From a virus (Duplodnaviria > Caudoviricetes): DNA of 64,000 bases. Positions 1 through 8,031 of this stretch are shown in pieces. The position numbers and the translations under genes are program-made. Positions within the stretch are counted from its first letter, which is position 1. The number at the start of each line of letters is the position of its first letter. The DNA is taken from positions 733 through 64,732 of the IMG/VR virus record IMGVR_UViG_3300028800_000097; one strand, written 5' to 3'. A model generated the notes under the pieces. It was not told the DNA's origin and searched no databases. It saw nothing but the letters and a program-made list of their open reading frames with translations.

Positions 1-447
1 GTTGGAGTTGGAAGCTCCGAGGGCGATAGACCCGCTGTGCAGGCAGCGATTGGTCAGACGGCTCCCGCGTATTTCGCACGCGACCGTCCTCCGATCAACC
101 CCCGCGACGTGTCTGTGAACAGGCCTTATGCGTGGGAACAGCCACCGGAACCGCCCGGCACGTTCGCCTCCCACCCGCCAGCCGTGCCCACCTCCGCCAC
201 CAGGATGCTTGGCGACGTTATAGCGCTGTGAAGCGCCAGCAATTCCCACACCTGCGATGATGCACGGCGCAGCTATGTCGACGTGCGGGAACCTAGGGAG
301 GGGAGGGGGAGGGTGAGGAGGGTGATACTGGAAGGCTGCTATTTAACAAGGAAGGGAAGACAATCATCCCTCGCCCTTGCGAGGGGAGGCAGTCCAGCGC
401 GCCGGAGAGCGCTGGTCGCGGCGACGGCCGCGAAACACCGGATTGAC

Positions 448-636
448 TCATCGGGAGTGCCCCACAATCACGCCTATTAGCATCAGCCACCACACAGCTT
501 GAGCCGCACCGACAATATACCAACCAATCCCAGGACCAGAGTCGGCGCGGTCGTGCCCCTGCTTTCCATCGCAAGCAAATGTCGGGCGGTGACAGACCGA
601 GCAAAATTTGGTGGTCTCAGGTTGACGGTCTACCAC
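448..636 (-). CDS. small hypothetical protein (CxxC plus C-terminal TM helix)
   Basis: ORF overlaps the stop of the upstream gene in the leftward operon; FCSVCH motif and hydrophobic C-terminus. Confidence 0.5.
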   Translation of the reverse strand: MVDRQPETTKFCSVCHRPTFACDGKQGHDRADSGPGIGWYIVGAAQAVWWLMLIGVIVGHSR

Positions 637-905
637 GCGCGGCCTCCCATCACCGACACAACCGCCTCGTCCGCATCCCGCAGCCTCGACCAGTTGGCCT
701 CGTTGTACCGCACCAGGAAGTCCGGTGGCAGCATCACCGGGTTGGTGTTCGCGGTAGCCGCCATCCGCGCGGCCACCTCCCCAGGCGCGCCCACTGCATC
801 CTCGGCGTAGGGGCTGCGAGGGTGAGCGTACGTGGTCTGACGCGTCTCGGTGTCGCCGACGACGAAGCCGCCGGCCGGGTCGAGTTTGAACACTATGGAC
901 ATCAC
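630..905 (-). CDS. hypothetical protein
   Basis: MSIVFKLDPAGG... with GGAGG upstream; ATGA-type coupling to the upstream ORF. Confidence 0.6.
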   Translation of the reverse strand: MMSIVFKLDPAGGFVVGDTETRQTTYAHPRSPYAEDAVGAPGEVAARMAATANTNPVMLPPDFLVRYNEANWSRLRDADEAVVSVMGGRAW

Positions 906-1423
906 GAAGCCTCCCAGACGTCGCCGCAGTACATGCACGTTGGGCGCGGGGGTGGCGCGAGGACGCGCTTGGTGTCCCGCTCGCGGACCAGTCCAGCCAA
1001 CAGATGACGCCCCGGCCTCGTCAGATCGATCCCGTCACCGTTGGCGCACCGATGCTCAGATACCAGCGCTTGCATCCCGGCCCGGCCAGCCAAGCTGTTC
1101 GGGTGTAGATCGCGTCCCCAGTCGCCGCCCCACTCCACAGCCCCCTCGCGCAGCGCGTAATGCCACGGGTTAGCGCGAGGGTGGCGCGGTTCCAGGCTAC
1201 GCCAGCCATTGCTGCACCATCCCCACCCGATGTTCCGCTGGTACGGCGGATCAATCATTTTGCAGATCGGCGCGCCCCACCCGGAGATGAACGCCAAGTC
1301 GTAGGTTTCGCCATCATCCTCCAGCCACTGGCCATCGGCGTATCGGCGGACAGGCCCCTTGAGGGCGCCCGGCAGCAGGCGGAACTCGTATACAGGCCAC
1401 ATCACAGAATCCCCCAGATCCAC
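902..1423 (-). CDS. hypothetical protein (C-terminal CxxC)
   Basis: 173-aa ORF tiling the leftward operon; true start may be near 1402. Confidence 0.55.
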   Translation of the reverse strand: MDLGDSVMWPVYEFRLLPGALKGPVRRYADGQWLEDDGETYDLAFISGWGAPICKMIDPPYQRNIGWGWCSNGWRSLEPRHPRANPWHYALREGAVEWGGDWGRDLHPNSLAGRAGMQALVSEHRCANGDGIDLTRPGRHLLAGLVRERDTKRVLAPPPRPTCMYCGDVWEAS

Positions 1424-2001
1424 GCTGGCACGAGAAGCAGCGCCCAGAACGCCAACCCTAAGACCAGCCCGACCAAGAGAGCGCGCGCGGACCCGAGCCC
1501 GTCATCCTCCATCGAGATCATCCCAGGCTTGGGCGGCGGCCAGCCAGTGAACTGACTTACGCGCGCGACCCGCCTCCGTTTCGCACGGCGCCACTCGTTG
1601 AGCACCGCCAGCACACCGACCGCGACCGCGAGCACGACCAGCGTGGAAGGCTCTGGCACCGCTGCCACGGGACCAAGGCCGCCAACGTCAACGCCAGGGC
1701 TGCCCAGAACAGCGCCAGCGGCGCCAGGCGCTATACCCCCCGGCAACTGCCGCCAGACCTCCCAGGCGCCGCCAGCGACACCGCCAGCCGCCCCCCCGAT
1801 GCCCCCGACCCACACGCATGTCGTGACAGCTCCCCATGCGGTAGCGGCCGCTCCGTGCGATACCCCCCAAGACTTGACCAGATGTCGGCGGAACCGGCGC
1901 CCGATCCCGCGATGATGCGGCACGGCTGGCAACCCGGATTGACTTGTGCGCGCGACCCGAACCACCCACGGGAACGCCCTCGTTGTGCAGACCCACGGCA
2001 T
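1402..2001 (-). CDS. PEP-CTERM-like sorting-motif protein with an extra C-terminal TM segment
   Basis: VPEPSTLVVLAVAVGVLAVLNEWRRAKRRR (PEP, TM, basic cluster) at 1570-1659; GAGGGGG SD upstream of the ATG at 2001. Confidence 0.7.
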   Translation of the reverse strand: MPWVCTTRAFPWVVRVARTSQSGLPAVPHHRGIGRRFRRHLVKSWGVSHGAAATAWGAVTTCVWVGGIGGAAGGVAGGAWEVWRQLPGGIAPGAAGAVLGSPGVDVGGLGPVAAVPEPSTLVVLAVAVGVLAVLNEWRRAKRRRVARVSQFTGWPPPKPGMISMEDDGLGSARALLVGLVLGLAFWALLLVPAWIWGIL

Positions 2002-2029
2002 GACGATATTACCCCCTCGTTGCGGCGCC

Positions 2030-2335
2030 TTAGCAGCGCCAATGACAGACCACGACCACAGGCTGGTAGTAGACGGGCTGGCTGGCCTCGTACCCCGCTG
2101 CCACGCCCAGCGCGACCGCGCCAAGCACGGCCAGGATGCCGCCCGCCACCCCCACGGCTTGTTCCTGCTTCTCCGCGTTAACCCGTGACTGCAAGGCTGG
2201 CATGGTGGCGCACGCAGCCTGATTTCCGCTTGTGCACGTGACCCGGGCATCGTCCAGGTATGGCTGGCTTGGCACGGCGCCGCACGCGGTCACGCATACG
2301 GCCAGCGCCAAGGCGGCAAGGCGATTCGGCTTCAT
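2030..2335 (-). CDS. putative lipoprotein
   Basis: MKPNRLAALALAVCVTA|C lipobox-like signal; second hydrophobic segment. Confidence 0.65.
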   Translation of the reverse strand: MKPNRLAALALAVCVTACGAVPSQPYLDDARVTCTSGNQAACATMPALQSRVNAEKQEQAVGVAGGILAVLGAVALGVAAGYEASQPVYYQPVVVVCHWRC

Positions 2336-2346
2336 GGTTCATCCCC

Positions 2347-2523
2347 TCAGTTGTGGACCGGAACCCACGCCGCCTGGTCGACCGCCGGCGGGCGTTCCCG
2401 ATCGAACCCGACGTTGTGCTCATGTGTCGCGCCAGCGGCGTTGAGCGCGGTCCCGACCAGGACCAAGGCGCAACCGTTCAGCGACAGGCATAGGAGCGCG
2501 ACCAGCGCGCACAGGCGGATCAT
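2347..2523 (-). CDS. small putative lipoprotein
   Basis: MIRLCALVALLCLSLNG|C lipobox-like signal; GGAGG upstream. Confidence 0.6.
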   Translation of the reverse strand: MIRLCALVALLCLSLNGCALVLVGTALNAAGATHEHNVGFDRERPPAVDQAAWVPVHN

Positions 2524-2786
2524 GGCGAAACCTCCGCCACCGCGTCCCAGGTGCCTGCCCACGCGGCGCGCGTATAGGGAGGGACGATGTTGACAGGCAG
2601 CGTCCAGCGCGCCCGGCACGCCCATGCGTAGCCAGCGTCCAGCGCGTCTGTCTGACTGGTGAAGCTGGTTTCCAGCGTCCAGTCGCCGGTTGTGCGCCCT
2701 AGCCTAGCCTTGACGCGCGGAAAGAACTCGCCATTGCCGCGCCTGGTGCTGATCGTAACCCTGCCGCTCATTGTCACGTCTCCCAT
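2520..2786 (-). CDS. hypothetical protein
   Basis: ORF coupled to the downstream gene. Confidence 0.55.
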   Translation of the reverse strand: MGDVTMSGRVTISTRRGNGEFFPRVKARLGRTTGDWTLETSFTSQTDALDAGYAWACRARWTLPVNIVPPYTRAAWAGTWDAVAEVSP

Positions 2787-2865
2787 ATGTGACGCGCGAG
2801 TCGCCCCGCGCGCCGTTGGTTGTCAGAGTGCGGCCATCGCCGCGCGATAGAGTGTTGACAGTGAA

Positions 2866-3087
2866 TCAGGCGCCGCGGACGGCGCGCGCGTTCCACCAGG
2901 GGTCAAACATGAAAGGCAGATCGTACCAGAGCTGACCGTCGATCTGAGAAGTAAAGCGGTTATGGTGGGCAGCAAATTCGCGAATGAAGCGGGCGGCATC
3001 AGGCGATGGCGCGACGTACAAGTCGCTTTCGTGATTATCTACCGTGCAACCGGCAGCGATAAGCGCTTGGTAAACCGTTAGGGCCAT
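2866..3087 (-). CDS. hypothetical phage protein
   Basis: 73-aa ORF, HESDLYV...YDLPFMFDPWW. Confidence 0.6.
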   Translation of the reverse strand: MALTVYQALIAAGCTVDNHESDLYVAPSPDAARFIREFAAHHNRFTSQIDGQLWYDLPFMFDPWWNARAVRGA

Positions 3088-3125
3088 TGGAGTGACTTTC
3101 AGTTGAGGTTTAGGGGGCGGGTGGA

Positions 3126-3353
3126 TCAGCGCGTCTTGGAAAGCGCGAAACCGGCGATCTTGGTCAGGCCGTGCGGCGTCTTAACCATCCGCTCTATCTT
3201 GGCCTGATTATCCGCATTGACTGCGGCGTGGAGCGATAGAACCGCGCTGGCGGTGAACTGGTCGACCAGCACAAGGCGCTTGTTGGAGCCGAACCGGAAC
3301 TTAACTGGGGCCGCCCGCATCGCTTCAAGGGATGGCTCGCGAATGGCAAACAT
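3126..3353 (-). CDS. hypothetical phage protein
   Basis: GAAGGA SD; VDQFTASAVLSLHAAVN motif. Confidence 0.65.
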   Translation of the reverse strand: MFAIREPSLEAMRAAPVKFRFGSNKRLVLVDQFTASAVLSLHAAVNADNQAKIERMVKTPHGLTKIAGFALSKTR

Positions 3354-3394
3354 TTTGGATATTCCTTCAGTGTTGGGGGTGTGGGGTTAGGCGG

Positions 3395-3631
3395 TTAGGA
3401 CGCTATAGCGGCGCCAGGATGGTCCGCGTTTATGGCGGCAACGAAAGCGTCGCGCTTGGCTTTCGTCGGGAACACGCCAACCGTGCCGCTCTTCATGGGA
3501 AGCCGATGGACATGAGCCGGTGCGATCTCCCGCTCGCCGAATCCAGTCACGCCAAGCGGCGCCACCACAAGCGGCCCCATGCGCAGTTCGCGAATAATGT
3601 CACGGGTAATTGTCGAATAGAACTTTGCCAT
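3395..3631 (-). CDS. hypothetical protein, first gene of the leftward operon
   Basis: MAKFYSTITR... with GAGGGA SD directly downstream of the promoter. Confidence 0.6.
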   Translation of the reverse strand: MAKFYSTITRDIIRELRMGPLVVAPLGVTGFGEREIAPAHVHRLPMKSGTVGVFPTKAKRDAFVAAINADHPGAAIAS

Positions 3632-3663
3632 CGGGTGTATCCCTCTCTCGTTCGGTGTTGACA

Positions 3664-3692
3664 GATATAAGGGAACCAAACCTAACTGTCAA
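3664..3692 (-). promoter_or_regulatory. sigma70-type promoter for the leftward early operon
   Basis: minus strand TTGACA-17 nt-TATATC, embedded in the inverted repeat TGTTGACAG...CTGTCAACA (3656-3694). Confidence 0.7.
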
Positions 3693-3706
3693 CACCTAAA
3701 TCGAGG

Positions 3707-3982
3707 GTGACGAAAGAAATATTGACAGTTAGCCCGCCAGCGCCTACCTATCTCGTCATGTTGACAGAAAGAAAGTCACCTGGACCGACACCGAAAAGGC
3801 GCGTTATGACGCCATTCGGCCAGTTTGCCGGCATTCGCGAGGCATCGGACAGCATCGGGATGACCAGGCAAGGGATATGGATCAACTGTAAACGTGAGGT
3901 AGAAGGGTGGCGATTTCTAGATCCGTCGCCACTGTCAACACCCGAGTGGCTTACATGGAATGTAGAGGAAGCAGCGGAATGA
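3707..3982 (+). CDS. small DNA-binding protein (NUMOD1/HTH-like)
   Basis: TPFGQFAGIREASDSIGMTRQGI resembles NUMOD1-type HTH; start uncertain. Confidence 0.5.
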   Translation: MTKEILTVSPPAPTYLVMLTERKSPGPTPKRRVMTPFGQFAGIREASDSIGMTRQGIWINCKREVEGWRFLDPSPLSTPEWLTWNVEEAAE

Positions 3983-4329
3983 TTTCTCGCATCGGAAAGT
4001 GTCGCGCGTGCAAGCAGACCAGCCGCCGCGATTACACCCTCACTCGCCCCGTATCGGTCGGGTCTCACGCCAATGGTGGGATGTACCGCCGCACAATCAA
4101 CCAAGCCGGCCGCATGCTGCCCAATCAATGGCTGCCAGCCTCCGAGGATGGATGGTGCCCGAGCTGTGGTGAGCGCGCCTGGTCCGCGCAACGCATTGAA
4201 GGCTTCAAGGTCGACACCGTTCCGTGTGACTCTCGCTGCACCGAGGCAAAGGGCCACAAGTGCGACTGTTCATGTGGCGGCGCCAATCACGGAAAGGGCC
4301 ATTTGGTCTGCGAGGCAATAGCGGCATGA
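3979..4329 (+). CDS. Cys-rich (Zn-binding) hypothetical protein
   Basis: CxxC, CPSC and CDSRC...KCDCSCGGANHG. Confidence 0.65.
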   Translation: MISRIGKCRACKQTSRRDYTLTRPVSVGSHANGGMYRRTINQAGRMLPNQWLPASEDGWCPSCGERAWSAQRIEGFKVDTVPCDSRCTEAKGHKCDCSCGGANHGKGHLVCEAIAA

Positions 4330-4340
4330 TCGAGCCCGCC

Positions 4341-4853
4341 CTATTCCTCGCCGTCGCGCTTTTGATCGTCTACCTGCAGCGGAACGCCTGAAGCTTCCGT
4401 CTCTGGCACAACTCGCGGCAACTGCCGCGCACGAGCTCCCATAGCAGATCCAGGCCGCCGAGCCGCGCGAACCGCCGCCATTCGACCAGCAGCGCTCAAA
4501 TGATGCGGCACAGCCCGCAATTCCGCCGCGTGCCGTTCCAGCTCCTCCGCCAACGCCAACCCAACCTCGCACTGCGATCGTATGTGTGCAGCAAACGCGT
4601 CAGCAGCCCACACAGGCACCCGACGCCCAGCCCTGCCCCACTTCGTCAGGGCATCATAACTCACCCGCCACCCCACTGTTGACACAAGCACACGGGCACG
4701 ACCGGGATAGCCAGCTCGCGTCCAAGGCGCGATAAACGCCGCAACCCGATCGAATAAACTGTCAGAGTGTGTCGGGAGTAGCCGCATCAAACGAAGCGAG
4801 CGGACGGGGTGGCGCACCAATTCGCGTGCCGGCGCGTCTCTCGTGTGCAGCAT
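4341..4853 (-). CDS. hypothetical protein, possible HTH
   Basis: 170-aa ORF; VSYDALTKWGRAGRRVPVW resembles an HTH recognition helix; start uncertain. Confidence 0.45.
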   Translation of the reverse strand: MLHTRDAPARELVRHPVRSLRLMRLLPTHSDSLFDRVAAFIAPWTRAGYPGRARVLVSTVGWRVSYDALTKWGRAGRRVPVWAADAFAAHIRSQCEVGLALAEELERHAAELRAVPHHLSAAGRMAAVRAARRPGSAMGARARQLPRVVPETEASGVPLQVDDQKRDGEE

Positions 4854-5214
4854 GGGCGGGGTGTTTACCCTTCTCCGGCGCCGCTGGAAAGCACGTATTT
4901 CAGCCGATTTGTCGTGGGCGCAATGCGGTTAGGCGGAACGCATGTCCGCCAACAATCGCTAATAAACGGCGATATTGCGCGGGTTTCCGCGTGACGGCGC
5001 GTGCCAGCATACACCAAGGCATACACCTCGCGCCCCTCGGGGGTGGTCCGGCTGCCCGGCGCCGGCCGCGGCCCCTGGTCACCACGCGAACTTTTGCCCA
5101 GGCGATGGGTCGCGAAAGTAGCTGATCACGGGGTGGTCACCCCCTCGGCCCCCCAGAAAATAAATTGTGGTGATTGCGGTGGCGCGCTGTTAAGACTTCC
5201 TGTAAACCTAACGC

Positions 5215-5490
5215 ATGAAAGCGCCGAAATGCCGTTTGTGCGGCGTGGTTCACTGGGGCAGCGAGCCTCATGTGGGGGTTGTGGGGAGGGTTGGGCGAGG
5301 TCGGTCGCCTGTTGACAGTGAGTCTGTGGTGATTGCGCCTGGTGGTCGGAGGACGGATCGAGAGATTGTGGCGGCGATCCGTGAGTTGCTTGGGGAGCCT
5401 GTGCCTAAGAAGCCTGGGTTCGACCGAGTGGCGTATCAGCGGGAGTACATGCGGAAGCGTCGGGCTGCGGCGAAGGGCGGAGATGGGTGA
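5215..5490 (+). CDS. hypothetical protein (CxxC; DRVAYQREYMRKRR tail)
   Basis: ORF with a C-terminal motif common in phage small proteins. Confidence 0.6.
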   Translation: MKAPKCRLCGVVHWGSEPHVGVVGRVGRGRSPVDSESVVIAPGGRRTDREIVAAIRELLGEPVPKKPGFDRVAYQREYMRKRRAAAKGGDG

Positions 5491-5728
5491 TGTTGCGCGA
5501 GAAGCGGTTTCCGTTGGAGGTGTTAGGTCTGAGGTTGAGGCTATGGGACCGTCGGTACCGAAGGCGGGTTTGGGTGTTGGTTTGTCGGAAGAGGATCAGC
5601 GTTCGGCTGAGGCGTCGGATGGGTTCGACCGCGTTTTGGGCGGGGTCCCATAATTAGGGAATTACGGAACAAAGGTGTAGCGTTTGGCGGGGTCGTCGGA
5701 TATGGACCCTCTTAACGAGGAGAATGAG

Positions 5729-6187
5729 ATGTCTTGGACGTTTGGTGAGAATTTGGCGGCGGGCGGTAAATTGGACCCGAATGCGCCGTGGCGGGGTGAC
5801 CGGCCTTCGGTCGCCGAGGAGCCTTTGCAGGAGGGTCATCCTGACTGGCGGCCGTGGTCTGGCGGACACGCATCGCCGCTGGAGGCGGTGTGGCAGTGGA
5901 TGTGCCGTCAGGGTGTTGGCGGGTTGAGCGATCCGGAGGCGGTGAAGGCCAAGGCCGCGGCGGACGCGAAGGCGGCATCTGACAAGGCTGCTGCGGAGAA
6001 GAAGGCGGCTGACGACAAGGCTTCGGCTGATCGCGAGGCGGCGGCACGGAAGGCGGAGGCTGATCGGGCGGCGCAAGCGGAGCGGGACCGTCAGTCTGCT
6101 GCGCAGAATGATCTCCGGCCGCAGGAAACGATGTCGGATGTTGCAGGCACGCCCCACTATGATTCTGGCGCTACCAAGATCGGCTGA
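5729..6187 (+). CDS. hypothetical protein with Ala/Lys-rich coiled coil
   Basis: GAGGAG SD before the ATG at 5729; KAAADAKAASDKAAAEKK repeats. Confidence 0.65.
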   Translation: MSWTFGENLAAGGKLDPNAPWRGDRPSVAEEPLQEGHPDWRPWSGGHASPLEAVWQWMCRQGVGGLSDPEAVKAKAAADAKAASDKAAAEKKAADDKASADREAAARKAEADRAAQAERDRQSAAQNDLRPQETMSDVAGTPHYDSGATKIG

Positions 6188-6399
6188 TGATGAGCTACGT
6201 GCCGAGCCACGAGCGTATTGGGGTTCGGTGCAGCATGGCCGTTTCTTGTCGCTGGGGATGGATCTTGGCGGTCGAGAGCGGCGAGGACGTGAAGTGGGAG
6301 GTGGTGGGGTTCGCTGAAGGCGGCCCCACTATCCTCGGGGTATTCGGGGACGGATTGGACGCGCTTAGGCTCTACAATTCCGAGGTGAGGCAGTCATGA
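6187..6399 (+). CDS. hypothetical protein
   Basis: TGATG coupling. Confidence 0.5.
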   Translation: MMSYVPSHERIGVRCSMAVSCRWGWILAVESGEDVKWEVVGFAEGGPTILGVFGDGLDALRLYNSEVRQS

Positions 6400-6647
6400 G
6401 GTATCAGATCATCCGGCACCACGGCGGCGACCTCCTTGGGTTGTTCGAGAAAGATGTGGATGCGATCGAAGAGGCCAAGATGGTGGCCAAGACGTCCGGC
6501 GATCGGATCGACGTGTACGAACTCTCCGGCGACCGGCTGGTATGCTGCTACCCGAACGCGACGCTTTGGGAGCGGGATTTGGCCGGACTTCCCGGCAGCG
6601 AGCGTGTGCGCCGGTATCAGGCCGCGGCGCTGGTCGGGGTTGTGTAG
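6396..6647 (+). CDS. hypothetical protein
   Basis: GAGG SD, ATGA coupling. Confidence 0.55.
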   Translation: MRYQIIRHHGGDLLGLFEKDVDAIEEAKMVAKTSGDRIDVYELSGDRLVCCYPNATLWERDLAGLPGSERVRRYQAAALVGVV

Positions 6648-6852
6648 TGGCGTTTTCGCGGCAGCCTGATGCTTACATTGAGGTCTGCCCGCAGTGCCGG
6701 AAGCAGAAGGTGATCGGTGGCGGGGTTGGCGTTCTGCTGAAGAATGAGAGCGTTGTGGCGGCTGGGCCTTGTGCGGAGTGCGTGGCGTCGAATGCGGCGC
6801 GGCCACCGAAGCTGGTTCGGCGTCGGTTTAGGTTGTCTGAGAGAGGGAGGGT

Positions 6853-7137
6853 GTGATGCCGATTCAAATGGCGGTCGACCAGCGCTGGCTGCCGGGGTAT
6901 CCCGTGATCTGGATGACCGCCTCGGCTACCGAAGACGCAGTTAATCTCATCGTAAGGCAGCGCGCTCGCATCGCAACCCTTGAGGCAGACAACGCCGACT
7001 TGGCGACGCTGCTGGCGGCAGAGCGGGAGAAAGTGGCGGCGCTTCTGCGGGGCGGCGACACACCGTTCGCCACGCGAGCTGAGGCCGAACTGGTCGAACG
7101 GGCGATGCCGGCGAACGCGCTGAAGCACAGCAGATAG
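6853..7137 (+). CDS. hypothetical coiled-coil protein
   Basis: GGAGG SD, coupled start. Confidence 0.55.
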   Translation: MMPIQMAVDQRWLPGYPVIWMTASATEDAVNLIVRQRARIATLEADNADLATLLAAEREKVAALLRGGDTPFATRAEAELVERAMPANALKHSR

Positions 7138-7140
7138 TGG

Positions 7141-7288
7141 TTTGGGTGGGGGACTTCTTTCCAGTCGCACGCAGGCGACTGCGAGGGCCGACCTCGCTAA
7201 CCGGTGGTGCCCATGGGTGTAACACGTCGCCGGCATGCGGAAACCTTGTCCCCCAGCAAAGAGAACGGGAAAGGTCGGTCACTGCGTC
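7141..7288 (+). ncRNA. candidate structured RNA (4-way junction plus two loop-downstream pairings)
   Basis: intergenic; stems 7147-54/7248-55, 7158-62/7239-43, 7163-68/7175-80, 7181-86/7192-97 and 7201-09/7225-33 (three G-U). Confidence 0.55.
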
Positions 7289-7519
7289 ATGAGTGATTCA
7301 GCGGCGTCAAAGATCATCGAAGCAATCGCTCGATTGCAGCATGCGTTCCACTACGCGGGACTTCGCGACCCGGTAGCGCTGGTCGTGTCCGGTGAAGAGC
7401 AGGTTCGCCTCTTGGAATACATCTTCTCTACCGAACTCATGATGGTGCCAAACAGGAAGAAGCCGTGGGAGGCAACCACCATCAGGGGCATGAAGGTGAT
7501 TCATGATCTCGCTCCATGA
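7289..7519 (+). CDS. hypothetical protein
   Basis: MSDSAASKIIEAIARL...; coupled to the next ORF. Confidence 0.55.
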   Translation: MSDSAASKIIEAIARLQHAFHYAGLRDPVALVVSGEEQVRLLEYIFSTELMMVPNRKKPWEATTIRGMKVIHDLAP

Positions 7520-7815
7520 TCCGGCGTGAATTGTTGGACGCCGGCGAGGCGGCGGTGATCGCTGCCCGGGATGCTCGCCACACGCCACGCGATACAGCTC
7601 GTGCCGTGTGGAACGCGATGTCGTCGGTGAGGAACCGGGTCGGTGCGCCGGTCCGTCGGCCAGACGATCAGGATCGGGCGCTCGATGCGCTTCGACGCGG
7701 TGAGCCGGTCGGTGCCGTCCGGAGGCGGTTTGGGTTCGGTGGCGCGGTGATGGCGAAGCTCAGTCGTCAGGTGAAGCAGGAGCGGGCTTGGATGATGGGA
7801 GAGATCGCGGCATGA
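7516..7815 (+). CDS. hypothetical protein, possible HTH
   Basis: LRRGEPVGAVRRRFGFG; ATGA coupling. Confidence 0.55.
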   Translation: MIRRELLDAGEAAVIAARDARHTPRDTARAVWNAMSSVRNRVGAPVRRPDDQDRALDALRRGEPVGAVRRRFGFGGAVMAKLSRQVKQERAWMMGEIAA

Positions 7816-8021
7816 GCGAGACCGACAAGAAGCTCCCGCTCGAGGACTTCCAGGCGATCTGCCTTCTCGTGTGCCCGCATTGCCGGGCGCAGCGTCCGCT
7901 GTCGAAGCGGCCCGACACCGCCGAATGGGTGCATGACTGGAAGTCGACTGGCGGTGGGCAGTCGCACACCCTGTGCTGGTCGACTGGGTTCAGGAACAGC
8001 GAATATGCACCGAGTTGGTGA
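7812..8021 (+). CDS. small Cys/His protein
   Basis: CPHC...WVH...HTLC. Confidence 0.55.
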   Translation: MSETDKKLPLEDFQAICLLVCPHCRAQRPLSKRPDTAEWVHDWKSTGGGQSHTLCWSTGFRNSEYAPSW

Positions 8022-8031
8022 GGAGATCGTG

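Noticed and set aside
5542-5652. 9-bp inverted repeat TATGGGACC/GGTCCCATA enclosing a small hairpin
   Set aside because: Lies in G/T-rich sequence within a possible short ORF; internal pairing is not convincing enough to call an RNA
5940-6100. TolA-like call for the Ala/Lys-rich repeats
   Set aside because: Low-complexity similarity only; no TM anchor or TolA C-terminal domain
7141-7260. tRNA call for the cloverleaf-like structure
   Set aside because: No T-loop GTTCRA or D-loop consensus, and arm lengths do not fit
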